A stretch of 32,000 nt of DNA from Ktedonobacterales bacterium (lineage in GTDB: Bacteria > Chloroflexota > Ktedonobacteria > Ktedonobacterales > JADMIN01). Each line of letters starts with the position of its first letter. The first letter of the stretch is position 1. Shown here piece after piece: positions 25,484 to 32,000 of this stretch. The stretch lies in contig CP126532.1 in the NCBI GenBank assembly GCA_030167145.1, forward strand, positions 1,290,001 to 1,322,000. Direction: 5' to 3'. The translations under genes were made by a program, and so were the position numbers. The notes beneath the pieces were generated by a model. The model was not told the DNA's origin. It did not search any database and saw only the letters and a list, made by a program, of their open reading frames with translations.

Positions 25484-26311
25484 TCACGCGCGGGCAAGCG
25501 CCACATCTTCAGCGATGAGGCCCGCGCCACTTTCGACCAGATCTTGCAGCCGCGCCGCGAACCGCGCTGCCGAGGCGCCATCCACGACATCATGGTTGAT
25601 GCTGAGGGTGAGGTCAAGATATTCGCGGATAGCGATGGTTCCATCTACGACCCCCGGCTTTTTCGCGATGCCGCCAAGGGTGAGGTCGAGCGTATGGTAT
25701 GAGATGGGGATACCCCACCCGCCGCCCTTGCCGAACATGCCAACTGCCGACACGCCTACGGTTCCGCCGTATTTCTTCTGCACCTGGGGATTGGTGTCGC
25801 GCAGCCGCCAGAAGAGGGGCCAGAGCAAGCGGAAGAGCAACAGCGGCACCACGGTGAACCACTGGAATTTCGCGAATCCCGTCCAGAGGTTGGCGATCTT
25901 CCCAGCCTGGGCAGTCCGGATCTCGTGATGAATCTCTGCTAGCGTCTTGGTATCGGCGGCTCGGATGATATAGATGATGGGTTGTTTTTGTGCGCCCATC
26001 TCGCGCTCAACGGCAGTGGCGACATCCACATGTTCGAAGAGGGCCAGGTGTTTTTTGCCTTTGCGGCAGGCGTGCAGGTAGGGATGCTCGGCGACCGCAC
26101 GCGCCAAACACGCGATGATGAAGGCGGTGAATGAGAACGTTTCGCCGGTGCTGGCTTTGTGCTGGCGCATGTACTGGCGTGGTCTGGTGACGTCCACTTC
26201 CAGCAAGCCGTGAATGATATGCTTGCGTTGCGCTGACCCCACCATGACGGCAAGCGCGCGCCGTATTTTGGGGTAGGGCACGGTTTGATATGTTGCTGGA
26301 TGGGTGTTCAT
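25484..26311 (-). CDS. Stand-alone 2-oxoacid dehydrogenase E2-type acyltransferase catalytic domain (no lipoyl or E3-binding domains)
   Basis: 275 aa. The C-terminal active-site region LTLSINHDVVDGASAARFAARLQDLVE matches the DHRxxDG-type His/Asp motif of the CAT-like E2 fold. Confidence 0.7.
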   Translation of the reverse strand: MNTHPATYQTVPYPKIRRALAVMVGSAQRKHIIHGLLEVDVTRPRQYMRQHKASTGETFSFTAFIIACLARAVAEHPYLHACRKGKKHLALFEHVDVATAVEREMGAQKQPIIYIIRAADTKTLAEIHHEIRTAQAGKIANLWTGFAKFQWFTVVPLLLFRLLWPLFWRLRDTNPQVQKKYGGTVGVSAVGMFGKGGGWGIPISYHTLDLTLGGIAKKPGVVDGTIAIREYLDLTLSINHDVVDGASAARFAARLQDLVESGAGLIAEDVALARA

Positions 26312-26351
26312 TTTCCATGCCTCCGTTGTTCATTGGTGAGGCGCGATGGCA

Positions 26352-27107
26352 TCAGGAAATAGGCGATGAAGCGGCGGATGTGGTAGTGGTAGCCGCGATG
26401 TCGCGCCCACGCAAGAGCCAGATCAGCGCGAGTCCTTCTATCGCGCCGACGGTGGCCCCGGCCAGCACGACGAAGGCGATGAGGATGGGGATGACGCTTG
26501 CGGTGACGCCACTATCAGGGATGAAGCTCGTGCCGATGAAGACGAGGACCATACCGAGCGCCCAGGCGATGGCGCTGGCCAGGATCCACCAGCTTGCCCT
26601 GGGGACGAAGCGACGCAGCACCCACCATTGCGCTAGTGCCAGGATTGCGCCAGCGACCAGGCCGAGCGCGGCGGCCAGACTATACACCACCAGCTCGCTG
26701 GGATTGGGTGGGGAGGCGCTGGCGTTCTCTGCGGTGGCGGTAGTGAGGGAAATGATCGTCGTGGGAAGCAGGCCAAGCGCCCAGGCGATGCCCGCGCCAA
26801 TCGCGGTGGCGGCGGCCCAGACGATCCATGAGAGACCGGCGAGTGGTCCGCGCAGCACGAGCCATTGAGCCGTGCCGACGATGCCACCTTCGACGCATGC
26901 GCCCGCAAGGACGCCCAGGATGGCGGAGAGAACGGGTCCGATGCGTGGCTCCAGGCGCGCGAAGAGCAGAATGCCCGCGAGCAACGTCGCGCCGAGGCCA
27001 AGCGCTTCGCCAATGGTGTTTGCCAGGGTCCACTGACCCCACACAGGCCATGGCAGGGGCGGGCGAGCAGGTTCTTGCTGTGTGTCATGGGTAGATGCGC
27101 TCAGCAT
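26352..27107 (-). CDS. Six-TM membrane protein built from three two-helix repeats, unknown function
   Basis: Part of ORF 26352..27152. ATG 27107 is preceded by AAGGAGG. Three repeat units end in QWLVLRG, QWWVLRR and IWLLRGR respectively. Confidence 0.65.
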   Translation of the reverse strand: MLSASTHDTQQEPARPPLPWPVWGQWTLANTIGEALGLGATLLAGILLFARLEPRIGPVLSAILGVLAGACVEGGIVGTAQWLVLRGPLAGLSWIVWAAATAIGAGIAWALGLLPTTIISLTTATAENASASPPNPSELVVYSLAAALGLVAGAILALAQWWVLRRFVPRASWWILASAIAWALGMVLVFIGTSFIPDSGVTASVIPILIAFVVLAGATVGAIEGLALIWLLRGRDIAATTTTSAASSPIS

Positions 27108-27251
27108 GACGCGCCTCCTTCGTCGTGGCGCAGCATGGCACGCGCGGCACACATTTTGGTCACGATTGGGGCCACGAGGCTCACAACGGCGCTACGGCTG
27201 CGCGTTCCGGCGGCTATGGTCTGTGGGACGTTTTGCGCGCAAAGAGATCGC

Positions 27252-27938
27252 TCACAGGGATATGGCGTCGTTGTCTTCGTGGTCGGGCAATGTCGCGGTG
27301 GCGGAACGGGCGAGCAGATCGCGCACCTCGGCATCGGAGGTCTGGCCGAAATCGGTGTACCACCATCCGACGCCGTAGAATGGCTGTGGTGTTACCAGAC
27401 AGACGACCTCGTCGGCTTCCGCGCGCAGCAAGGCGCAGGTTTCGGGCGGGGCGACGGGCGCCGCAACGACGATGCGCGCAGGCTGCTCTAGCGCGAGCGC
27501 GGCCACCGCAGCGCGCATGGTGGAACCAGTCGCCAGGCCGTCGTCCACGAGGATACAGACGCGATCGCGCATCTGGGGGAACGGGCGCTCGCCGCGATAG
27601 GCGCGCTCGCGCCGGGCCAGTTCGGCGTCTTCGCGCCGCGCCACAGCTTCGAGCACTTCGAGGGAGATGTGGAGCGCTTCCAGCACCTCGTCGTTCAGCA
27701 CGCGCACGCCGCCGCTGGCCAGCGCGCCCATGGCTAGCTCTTCGTGGCCCGGCACGCCGAGTTTGCGCACCAGAAAGACATCGAGCGGCAGCCGCAGCGC
27801 CCGCGCGACGGCATAGCCTACTGGCACGCCGCCGCGTGGCAGCGCCAGCACGAGCGCATCGGCGCGGCCAGCATATCCGGTGAGCCGCGTGGCTAGCGCT
27901 TCGCCTGCCTCGAATCGGTCGCGAAAGCCTTCCGGCAT
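27252..27938 (-). CDS. Phosphoribosyltransferase-family protein (type I PRTase fold, predicted)
   Basis: Part of ORF 27252..27980. ATG 27938 is preceded by AAGGAGGAG. PRPP-binding loop VCILVDDGLATGSTMRAA. N-terminal ALPRGGVPVG. Confidence 0.8.
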   Translation of the reverse strand: MPEGFRDRFEAGEALATRLTGYAGRADALVLALPRGGVPVGYAVARALRLPLDVFLVRKLGVPGHEELAMGALASGGVRVLNDEVLEALHISLEVLEAVARREDAELARRERAYRGERPFPQMRDRVCILVDDGLATGSTMRAAVAALALEQPARIVVAAPVAPPETCALLRAEADEVVCLVTPQPFYGVGWWYTDFGQTSDAEVRDLLARSATATLPDHEDNDAISL

Positions 27939-27956
27939 GCGCTCCTCCTTGCGCTG

Positions 27957-28078
27957 AGCGGGCGGTTGATGCAGTTTCACGATGAACGACGGACACGGCG
28001 CGAGCGGGCGGTTGAAACCGTGCCGCTATGGCCTGTGGCCGCGAAACCCACCTACGCGGGTTGCAGACGGAGAGGGTG
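27957..28078 (+). repeat. Dispersed intergenic repeat: 13-nt head-only copy (27957-27969) plus full copy B (28003-28078)
   Basis: AGCGGGCGGTTGA occurs at 27957 and again at 28003. 28003-28078 aligns with 14121-14196 (60/76 identical). Lies in the divergent region between the PRTase and HD genes. Confidence 0.8.
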
Positions 28079-28087
28079 ACGAAAAGA

Positions 28088-28115
28088 TTGTGACCGCCGC
28101 GGAATACGGTACAAT
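28088..28115 (+). promoter_or_regulatory. Candidate sigma70-type promoter of the HD-domain gene
   Basis: TTGTGA (28088-28093), 16-nt spacer, TACAAT (28110-28115). GGGGAG RBS precedes ATG 28164. Confidence 0.45.
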
Positions 28116-28163
28116 TGCCGCTGTCATACAGGCTCGCAAAGCCTATGCCAGGGGAGATATGCC

Positions 28164-28709
28164 ATGAAGCCACGCCCATTGCCCGCACACATATCTAGCC
28201 TGCTCGATACATTTGCAGCCTCGCCTCGCCTCGTCGCGCATCTTACTCTGGTCCACGATGTCGCCTGCACGCTCATTGCTCGCCTCGACGAGATTTGGCC
28301 TTCCTTAACGTATGACCGTGATGCTGTGCGCATCGGCACGGCTATCCATGACATAGGGAAAATACAACACCCAGAGGAGCTATCAGCGCCAGGCAACAAG
28401 CATGAAGCGGCTGGCGAATCAGTCCTGTTGGCGCATGGATTCCCTGCGATAGACGCTCGGTTTGCTCGTACACATGGGCAATGGGAAACAACACCGAATG
28501 CCACTCTGGCGGACCTGCTCGTTGTCTGGGCAGATAACCTTTGGCGTGGGAAGCGCAATGAGAGCTTGGAAGCAGCCATATGCCAGGAGATTGTTCGTCA
28601 AACCAATGAGACCCAGTGGCAAGCATTTCTGGCGCTGGACGACATCGCGACCGCTATCACCGCTGATGCGGATGCGCGCATCTCATGGCAAAGCCAGCAA
28701 CCTATATAG
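28164..28709 (+). CDS. HD-domain phosphohydrolase-superfamily protein
   Basis: 181 aa. LTLVHDVA and GTAIHDIGK motifs (H...HD...D pattern). Confidence 0.65.
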   Translation: MKPRPLPAHISSLLDTFAASPRLVAHLTLVHDVACTLIARLDEIWPSLTYDRDAVRIGTAIHDIGKIQHPEELSAPGNKHEAAGESVLLAHGFPAIDARFARTHGQWETTPNATLADLLVVWADNLWRGKRNESLEAAICQEIVRQTNETQWQAFLALDDIATAITADADARISWQSQQPI

Positions 28710-28722
28710 CGTAAAGGTGCGC

Positions 28723-29889
28723 TCACCTGCCCGATGGTGTGCTTGGCGAGGGGGTTGGTTCGTGTCCGCCGCCGTGCGTGCCGCCGTTGCCATTGCCATT
28801 ACCGCTATGGCTGCCACCCTGGCCAGGGGTCACTTGCGGGGGCACACCGCCCTGCCCAAGTTCTCGTAGAGGTGTCAACGCCGTCACTGTGCCATCGGGA
28901 TTGCGCACGCCAGCGTTGCGCTCTAGCAGGCCGCGCTCGGTGTCGCTGATCTCGACGACGAGCTGTGTCGGGCCGCTGGCGATGACCTGGCCTAGAGCGC
29001 TGCCGTTGACGACCAATTGCGCCGCTGGCGCGAAACCTGAGCCGGTGATCGTCACCTGCCAGCCGTGCGGGCCATTCGACGGGAGTTGTTGGAGCGTGAC
29101 GCTGGTCACGAGTGGTATCGCGGCGCCGAGGTCGCCGAGCGCCTGGGTGGTGGTGAGTTGATCTTGCCAGCCGATGACGGGCAGCGCGGCGAAAAGGTCG
29201 GGCAACTCCTGAGCATGCAGGGCGGTCAGTTGCGCGGCCAGGCCGTCGCGTTCGGCGCCTGGCGGCATGGTGGCCAGGGTGCTGGCCGCAGCGCGATCTT
29301 CTTCGCGCAGCGTGGCGAGCGCATCCCGGTAGACCGCATCACCTTGTCGCCGCGCGACGGCGGAATCGAGCGCGGCCAGCGCGGCGCGGGCGTTCTCCAG
29401 ATGCAGGCTTACGCGATCCGCAGCGGTGGGCGCGAGCTGGGCGCGCACGCCCTGTTCCCAGCGATGCAGGGCGTAGAGCGGGCTGCCTGGTCCAGCGGCA
29501 GCGGCAACAGTCAGCGTACCCAGCCCGACGACCAGCGTGAGCACGGCAGCGATCAGCGGCCACAGGAGTTTGGTCTTGCGCAGCACATGGAGCCGGTTCT
29601 TTGGTGTGGCGAGTGAGGTGTTGACGCGGATGGCGAATGGGGCCGCTTCCGACGACTCTTCCGCTTCCAACGCCAGCGTTGCGGCGTGAGCAAGCAGCCG
29701 CGATTCTAAGGTGCGCGCGAAGGTTGCCGCTGGCGTGGCGGAACGCAGGCGTAACAGGTGGTCCGCCGCGGCAAGCGCCACCGCCATTTCGGCGTCCTCT
29801 TCGGCTCGCGCCATCAGAGCCGCTTGCGCGTTGGTCCTGCTGCTGAGACTTAGATCAAGCAGGGTATCCAGTCTATCTTCGAGGTTCAT
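28723..29889 (-). CDS. Membrane protein partnered with the ECF sigma (anti-sigma-like): DUF5667-like helical region, IPT/TIG-like domain, Gly/Asn/His-rich tail
   Basis: Part of ORF 28723..30048. ATG 29889 (MNLEDRLDTLLDL...) overlaps the sigma gene 3' end by 17 nt. TM helix LLWPLIAAVLTLVVGLGTLTV. GPGSPLYALHRWEQGVRAQL resembles DUF5667. WQVTITGSGFAPAAQLVVNGSALG is IPT/TIG-like. No HxxxCxxC motif. Confidence 0.6.
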   Translation of the reverse strand: MNLEDRLDTLLDLSLSSRTNAQAALMARAEEDAEMAVALAAADHLLRLRSATPAATFARTLESRLLAHAATLALEAEESSEAAPFAIRVNTSLATPKNRLHVLRKTKLLWPLIAAVLTLVVGLGTLTVAAAAGPGSPLYALHRWEQGVRAQLAPTAADRVSLHLENARAALAALDSAVARRQGDAVYRDALATLREEDRAAASTLATMPPGAERDGLAAQLTALHAQELPDLFAALPVIGWQDQLTTTQALGDLGAAIPLVTSVTLQQLPSNGPHGWQVTITGSGFAPAAQLVVNGSALGQVIASGPTQLVVEISDTERGLLERNAGVRNPDGTVTALTPLRELGQGGVPPQVTPGQGGSHSGNGNGNGGTHGGGHEPTPSPSTPSGR

Positions 29890-30508
29890 GGCCCTGCCCC
29901 CTTCGCCGCTCGCGTGCGGATATGCCGCGCTCTTCGATGCCGAGGTATTGCGCCAGTGACGCCAGCGCGCGGAATTGCAGCGCGCGGATCGTTCCAGCTT
30001 GCTTGCCCAACAAGTGTCCCACCTCGTCGGCGGAATAGCCCAGCACACAACGATACAGGACTACGTTCCGCTGCTCCTCGGTCAGCCGGTTGAGCGCCAC
30101 CGCGATCTCGCCCCAGCTTTCACGCGCCGTGAGGATATGCAGCGGATCATCGCGTTCGGCGACTGGCTCTAGATGTTCGGGGAATTCGCTAATGGTATCG
30201 GGCTGGCCGCGTGCGCGCCGGAAGTGCATCAGAGCCTTATTGCGCGCGATACCGAGCAGCCATGCGGCGAAACCCAGTTCGTCGTTCGCCTGGACGCTGC
30301 CAATGGCTTCGAGCATGGCGAAGAACGTATCGGAGGTGACATCTTCCGCCGTGTGGGAGTCGCCGACGCGGGCCAGCGCGTAGCGGTAGACCACGGGCAG
30401 GAAGCGCTTGTAGAGCAGCGAGATGGCCTGCCGGTCGAGGGCGCGCGCGCGCGAGAGCACGGCGCTGAACGGCAGCGCCGGTGGCCACGTCAACCTGATC
30501 TCGTTCAT
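29873..30508 (-). CDS. ECF-type RNA polymerase sigma factor
   Basis: Part of ORF 29873..30595. Start ATG 30508 is likely, because the longer ORF start lies inside the upstream terminator stem. Region 2: LLYKRFLPVVYRYALARVGDSHTAEDVTSDTF...AWLLGIARNKALMHFR. Region 4: VVLYRCVLGYSADEVGHLLGKQAGTIRALQFRAL. Confidence 0.85.
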   Translation of the reverse strand: MNEIRLTWPPALPFSAVLSRARALDRQAISLLYKRFLPVVYRYALARVGDSHTAEDVTSDTFFAMLEAIGSVQANDELGFAAWLLGIARNKALMHFRRARGQPDTISEFPEHLEPVAERDDPLHILTARESWGEIAVALNRLTEEQRNVVLYRCVLGYSADEVGHLLGKQAGTIRALQFRALASLAQYLGIEERGISARERRRGQGHEPRR

Positions 30509-30571
30509 GCGCGTACACTCAATGGCAGACTCATCCCTCCATGCGCGATCCGCGCCGCACTCGTGTGTTCT

Positions 30572-30632
30572 CTTGATAAAGGACGGTATCTTCATCGCAG
30601 AGTGGTCTACCCACCGTGCGGCGAAGATACCG
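30572..30632 (-). terminator. Candidate intrinsic terminator after the GQ-repeat gene
   Basis: On the minus strand: 10-bp stem CGGTATCTTC / GAAGATACCG (plus-strand 30584-30593 and 30623-30632) with a structured 29-nt loop, followed by TCCTTTATCAA. Begins 31 nt after the stop codon. Confidence 0.4.
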
Positions 30633-30663
30633 CCTGGTCATCGTGACCGAGAACCGCGAGCGG

Positions 30664-31404
30664 CTAGTGGTCCTCAACCGTGGCGGCGGCGAATGTGCCG
30701 TCGCTCTGCGCGCTGCCATGCACACTCACGGCGTCGCCGACCTTGAGGTCAGCCAGCTTGTGCGCGCGTCCCGCGAATACGGTCGCCTCGCCCACCGTCA
30801 CCGTTTTCGTGCTGCCATCAGACAAGGTGATGACGAAGGAGGTCGCGCCGATGCTGGCGATTGTGCCCTGAAGCTCGGTCTGCTGACCCTGACCCTGACC
30901 TTGACCCTGGCCTTGACCCTGACCCTGGCCTTGACCCTGACCCTGGCCTTGACCCTGACCCTGGCCTTGACCCTGACCGGTCGCGCCCTCGACGGTAATC
31001 TTCCAGGCGAGCAGGGTGCCATCAGATTGTTTCGTCGCCTGCACCTGCACCTTATGGCCAACGGCGTTGGTCAAGTCCGCCAGTGTCGTAGCATTTGCGC
31101 CGTTGACTTTGGTGTCGGCATTGACGCTGATTGTGGTGGCTGAGGTGTCACCATTGCCCAGCACGCTGATGGTGTTGGCAGTAGCGTCGTAGCCCTTCAG
31201 CACGCCCTCCATGCCAATCGTGTGCGCGTGGCTGCTCGCATCTGACGTCTTTGTTGCGGCGCTGCCCGCCTGCGCGGATTGCCCAGGCAAGTGGCCGCCC
31301 GTCGCGGCCACCGCGACCGCCGTGCCGCCGCCACCGACGAGGACGACGCCCAGCACAGCAAGCGCAATCTTGCTTTTGACAACGAGAAGTGCTTTGCTCA
31401 ACAT
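30664..31404 (-). CDS. Exported/anchored protein with two DUF5666-like beta domains joined by a (Gly-Gln)16 linker
   Basis: Part of ORF 30664..31470. ATG 31404 is preceded by AAGGGG. N-terminal KIALAVLGVVLVGGGGTAVAVAA. The C-terminal domain GTIASIGATSFVITLSDGSTKTVTVGEATVFAGRAHKLADLKVGDAVSVHGSAQSDGTFAAATV resembles DUF5666. Confidence 0.65.
   Translation of the reverse strand: MLSKALLVVKSKIALAVLGVVLVGGGGTAVAVAATGGHLPGQSAQAGSAATKTSDASSHAHTIGMEGVLKGYDATANTISVLGNGDTSATTISVNADTKVNGANATTLADLTNAVGHKVQVQATKQSDGTLLAWKITVEGATGQGQGQGQGQGQGQGQGQGQGQGQGQGQGQGQQTELQGTIASIGATSFVITLSDGSTKTVTVGEATVFAGRAHKLADLKVGDAVSVHGSAQSDGTFAAATVEDH
30883..30978 (-). repeat. Coding hexanucleotide microsatellite, 16 units (GGTCAG/GGTCAA/GGCCAG = Gly-Gln) with an 18-bp higher-order unit x4
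   Basis: Plus strand reads CTGACC x3, TTGACC, then (CTGGCC TTGACC CTGACC) x4 exactly, from 30907 to 30978. Confidence 0.95.
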
Positions 31405-31611
31405 TTCATACCCCTTCTTTTCACGAGTGAATGAATGTGAGGGGGCGCCAATAGTGCTTTGGAACGCCACGGAGCGGCATTCACCGTGGCTTCGCCATCC
31501 CTCACACTGTAGCGTTGCGTGGGCGAAGGGAAATGTTATGGGCCTTTTGGGTCATGATTATGACAACTTGTTTGGCGAAGGCGATGGCGGCGTTTAGACG
31601 GCCAAACGTGC

Positions 31612-31638
31612 GGGAACCTCGGGCAGGGTACGACCGTC
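31612..31638 (+). promoter_or_regulatory. ECF-sigma-type promoter candidate upstream of the lipoprotein gene
   Basis: GGGAAC (31612-31617), 17-nt spacer, CGTC (31635-31638). About 65 nt upstream of ATG 31703. Matches the general ECF pattern GGAAC-N16/17-CGT. Confidence 0.45.
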
Positions 31639-31702
31639 ACATCTGGTGAAATCATTTCAGCGCTGGCTCACCTTGGAGTCAGGCTCAGCCTATGGAGGAA
31701 CA

Positions 31703-32000
31703 ATGATGTTCGCACACGCTCAGTTTCCCGCACGCGGCACCCGCATCCTGCGCCGCTCCGCGCCGCTCGTCGCCGTGGCCCTCGTCGCGTTGCTGTTCGC
31801 GCTCGCGGGCTGTGGTGTCACCAACGCCAGCTCGGGCCGCGTCGCTTCATCGGGGAGTGCGACCGCAACCGTCCAGCAGGGCGTCATCAAGGGAACGACG
31901 GTGCGCCCATGCCCTGGCCCAGCGGGCAGCGCTGGCGATGTGGGCACACCGGCGCTGGTGCTCGGCCCAGGGAAGGTGAACGGATCCGCGCATGTGGGCG
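31703..32000 (+). CDS. Putative lipoprotein (partial: runs off the right edge, so absent from the ORF track)
   Basis: Own translation: GGAGG lies 4 nt upstream of ATG. MMFAHAQFPARGTRILRRSAPLVAVALVALLFALAGCGVTNASSG... has the lipobox LAGC. The frame stays open to base 32000. Confidence 0.65.
   Translation, partial: MMFAHAQFPARGTRILRRSAPLVAVALVALLFALAGCGVTNASSGRVASSGSATATVQQGVIKGTTVRPCPGPAGSAGDVGTPALVLGPGKVNGSAHVG

Noticed and set aside
27125-28188. Arg-rich ORFs of 252 aa (plus strand) and 324 aa (minus strand) overlapping the PRTase gene
   Set aside because: Composition (long R/A/P runs) is not protein-like. The 27252..27938 frame has a PRPP-binding loop and a strong RBS.

Overview
High-GC (hand-sampled mid-60s %) bacterial chromosomal window, densely coding on both strands. 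I found no rRNA, tRNA, CRISPR array, transposase or integrase. MutS together with an XRE-HTH/NB-ARC/TPR STAND protein, Thr/Pro-linker secreted proteins and ECF sigma modules suggests a filamentous Chloroflexota (Ktedonobacteria-like) genome rather than an actinobacterium; this is inference only. Content, left to right: (1) a minus-strand PadR / membrane protein / ABC ATPase / double-FtsX permease cluster; the permease runs off the left edge and is missing from the ORF track. (2) A secreted Cys-rich DUF2690-like protein, divergent from an 889-aa XRE-HTH + NB-ARC + TPR STAND NTPase. (3) A lower-GC hicA-hicB pair directly downstream, whose ribosome-binding site and start codon sit inside a perfect 34-bp tandem duplication. 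(4) A GT-C (GT39/ArnT-like) membrane glycosyltransferase. (5) A 57-aa gene with a textbook terminator. (6) An 830-aa nucleotidyltransferase + hexapeptide-repeat + phosphohexomutase-like fusion whose mutase signature loops look degenerate. (7) An ECF sigma / zf-HC2 anti-sigma pair. (8) A membrane-anchored His-rich protein. (9) A 1013-aa secreted protein: Ig-like domain, two tandem 252-aa repeats, and a 7-blade Vgb-like propeller. (10) A polytopic membrane protein. (11) mutS. (12) A minus-strand run of a stand-alone E2 acyltransferase catalytic domain, a triple-repeat membrane protein and a PRTase. (13) A lower-GC HD-domain gene. (14) A second ECF sigma module with DUF5667-like and DUF5666-like partners, the latter carrying a (GQ)16 hexanucleotide microsatellite, beside a divergent lipoprotein gene with an ECF-type promoter. 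The most notable non-genic signal is a dispersed intergenic repeat family with head AGCGGGCGGTT (four copies). Two copies align ungapped over 76 nt, and a GGGCG-loop-CGCCC-CTA hairpin module recurs three times. Several sigma70-like promoters share the pattern TTGACA/TTGCCA - 17 bp - TATACT. All calls come from reading the sequence and the ORF track; nothing was searched against databases.
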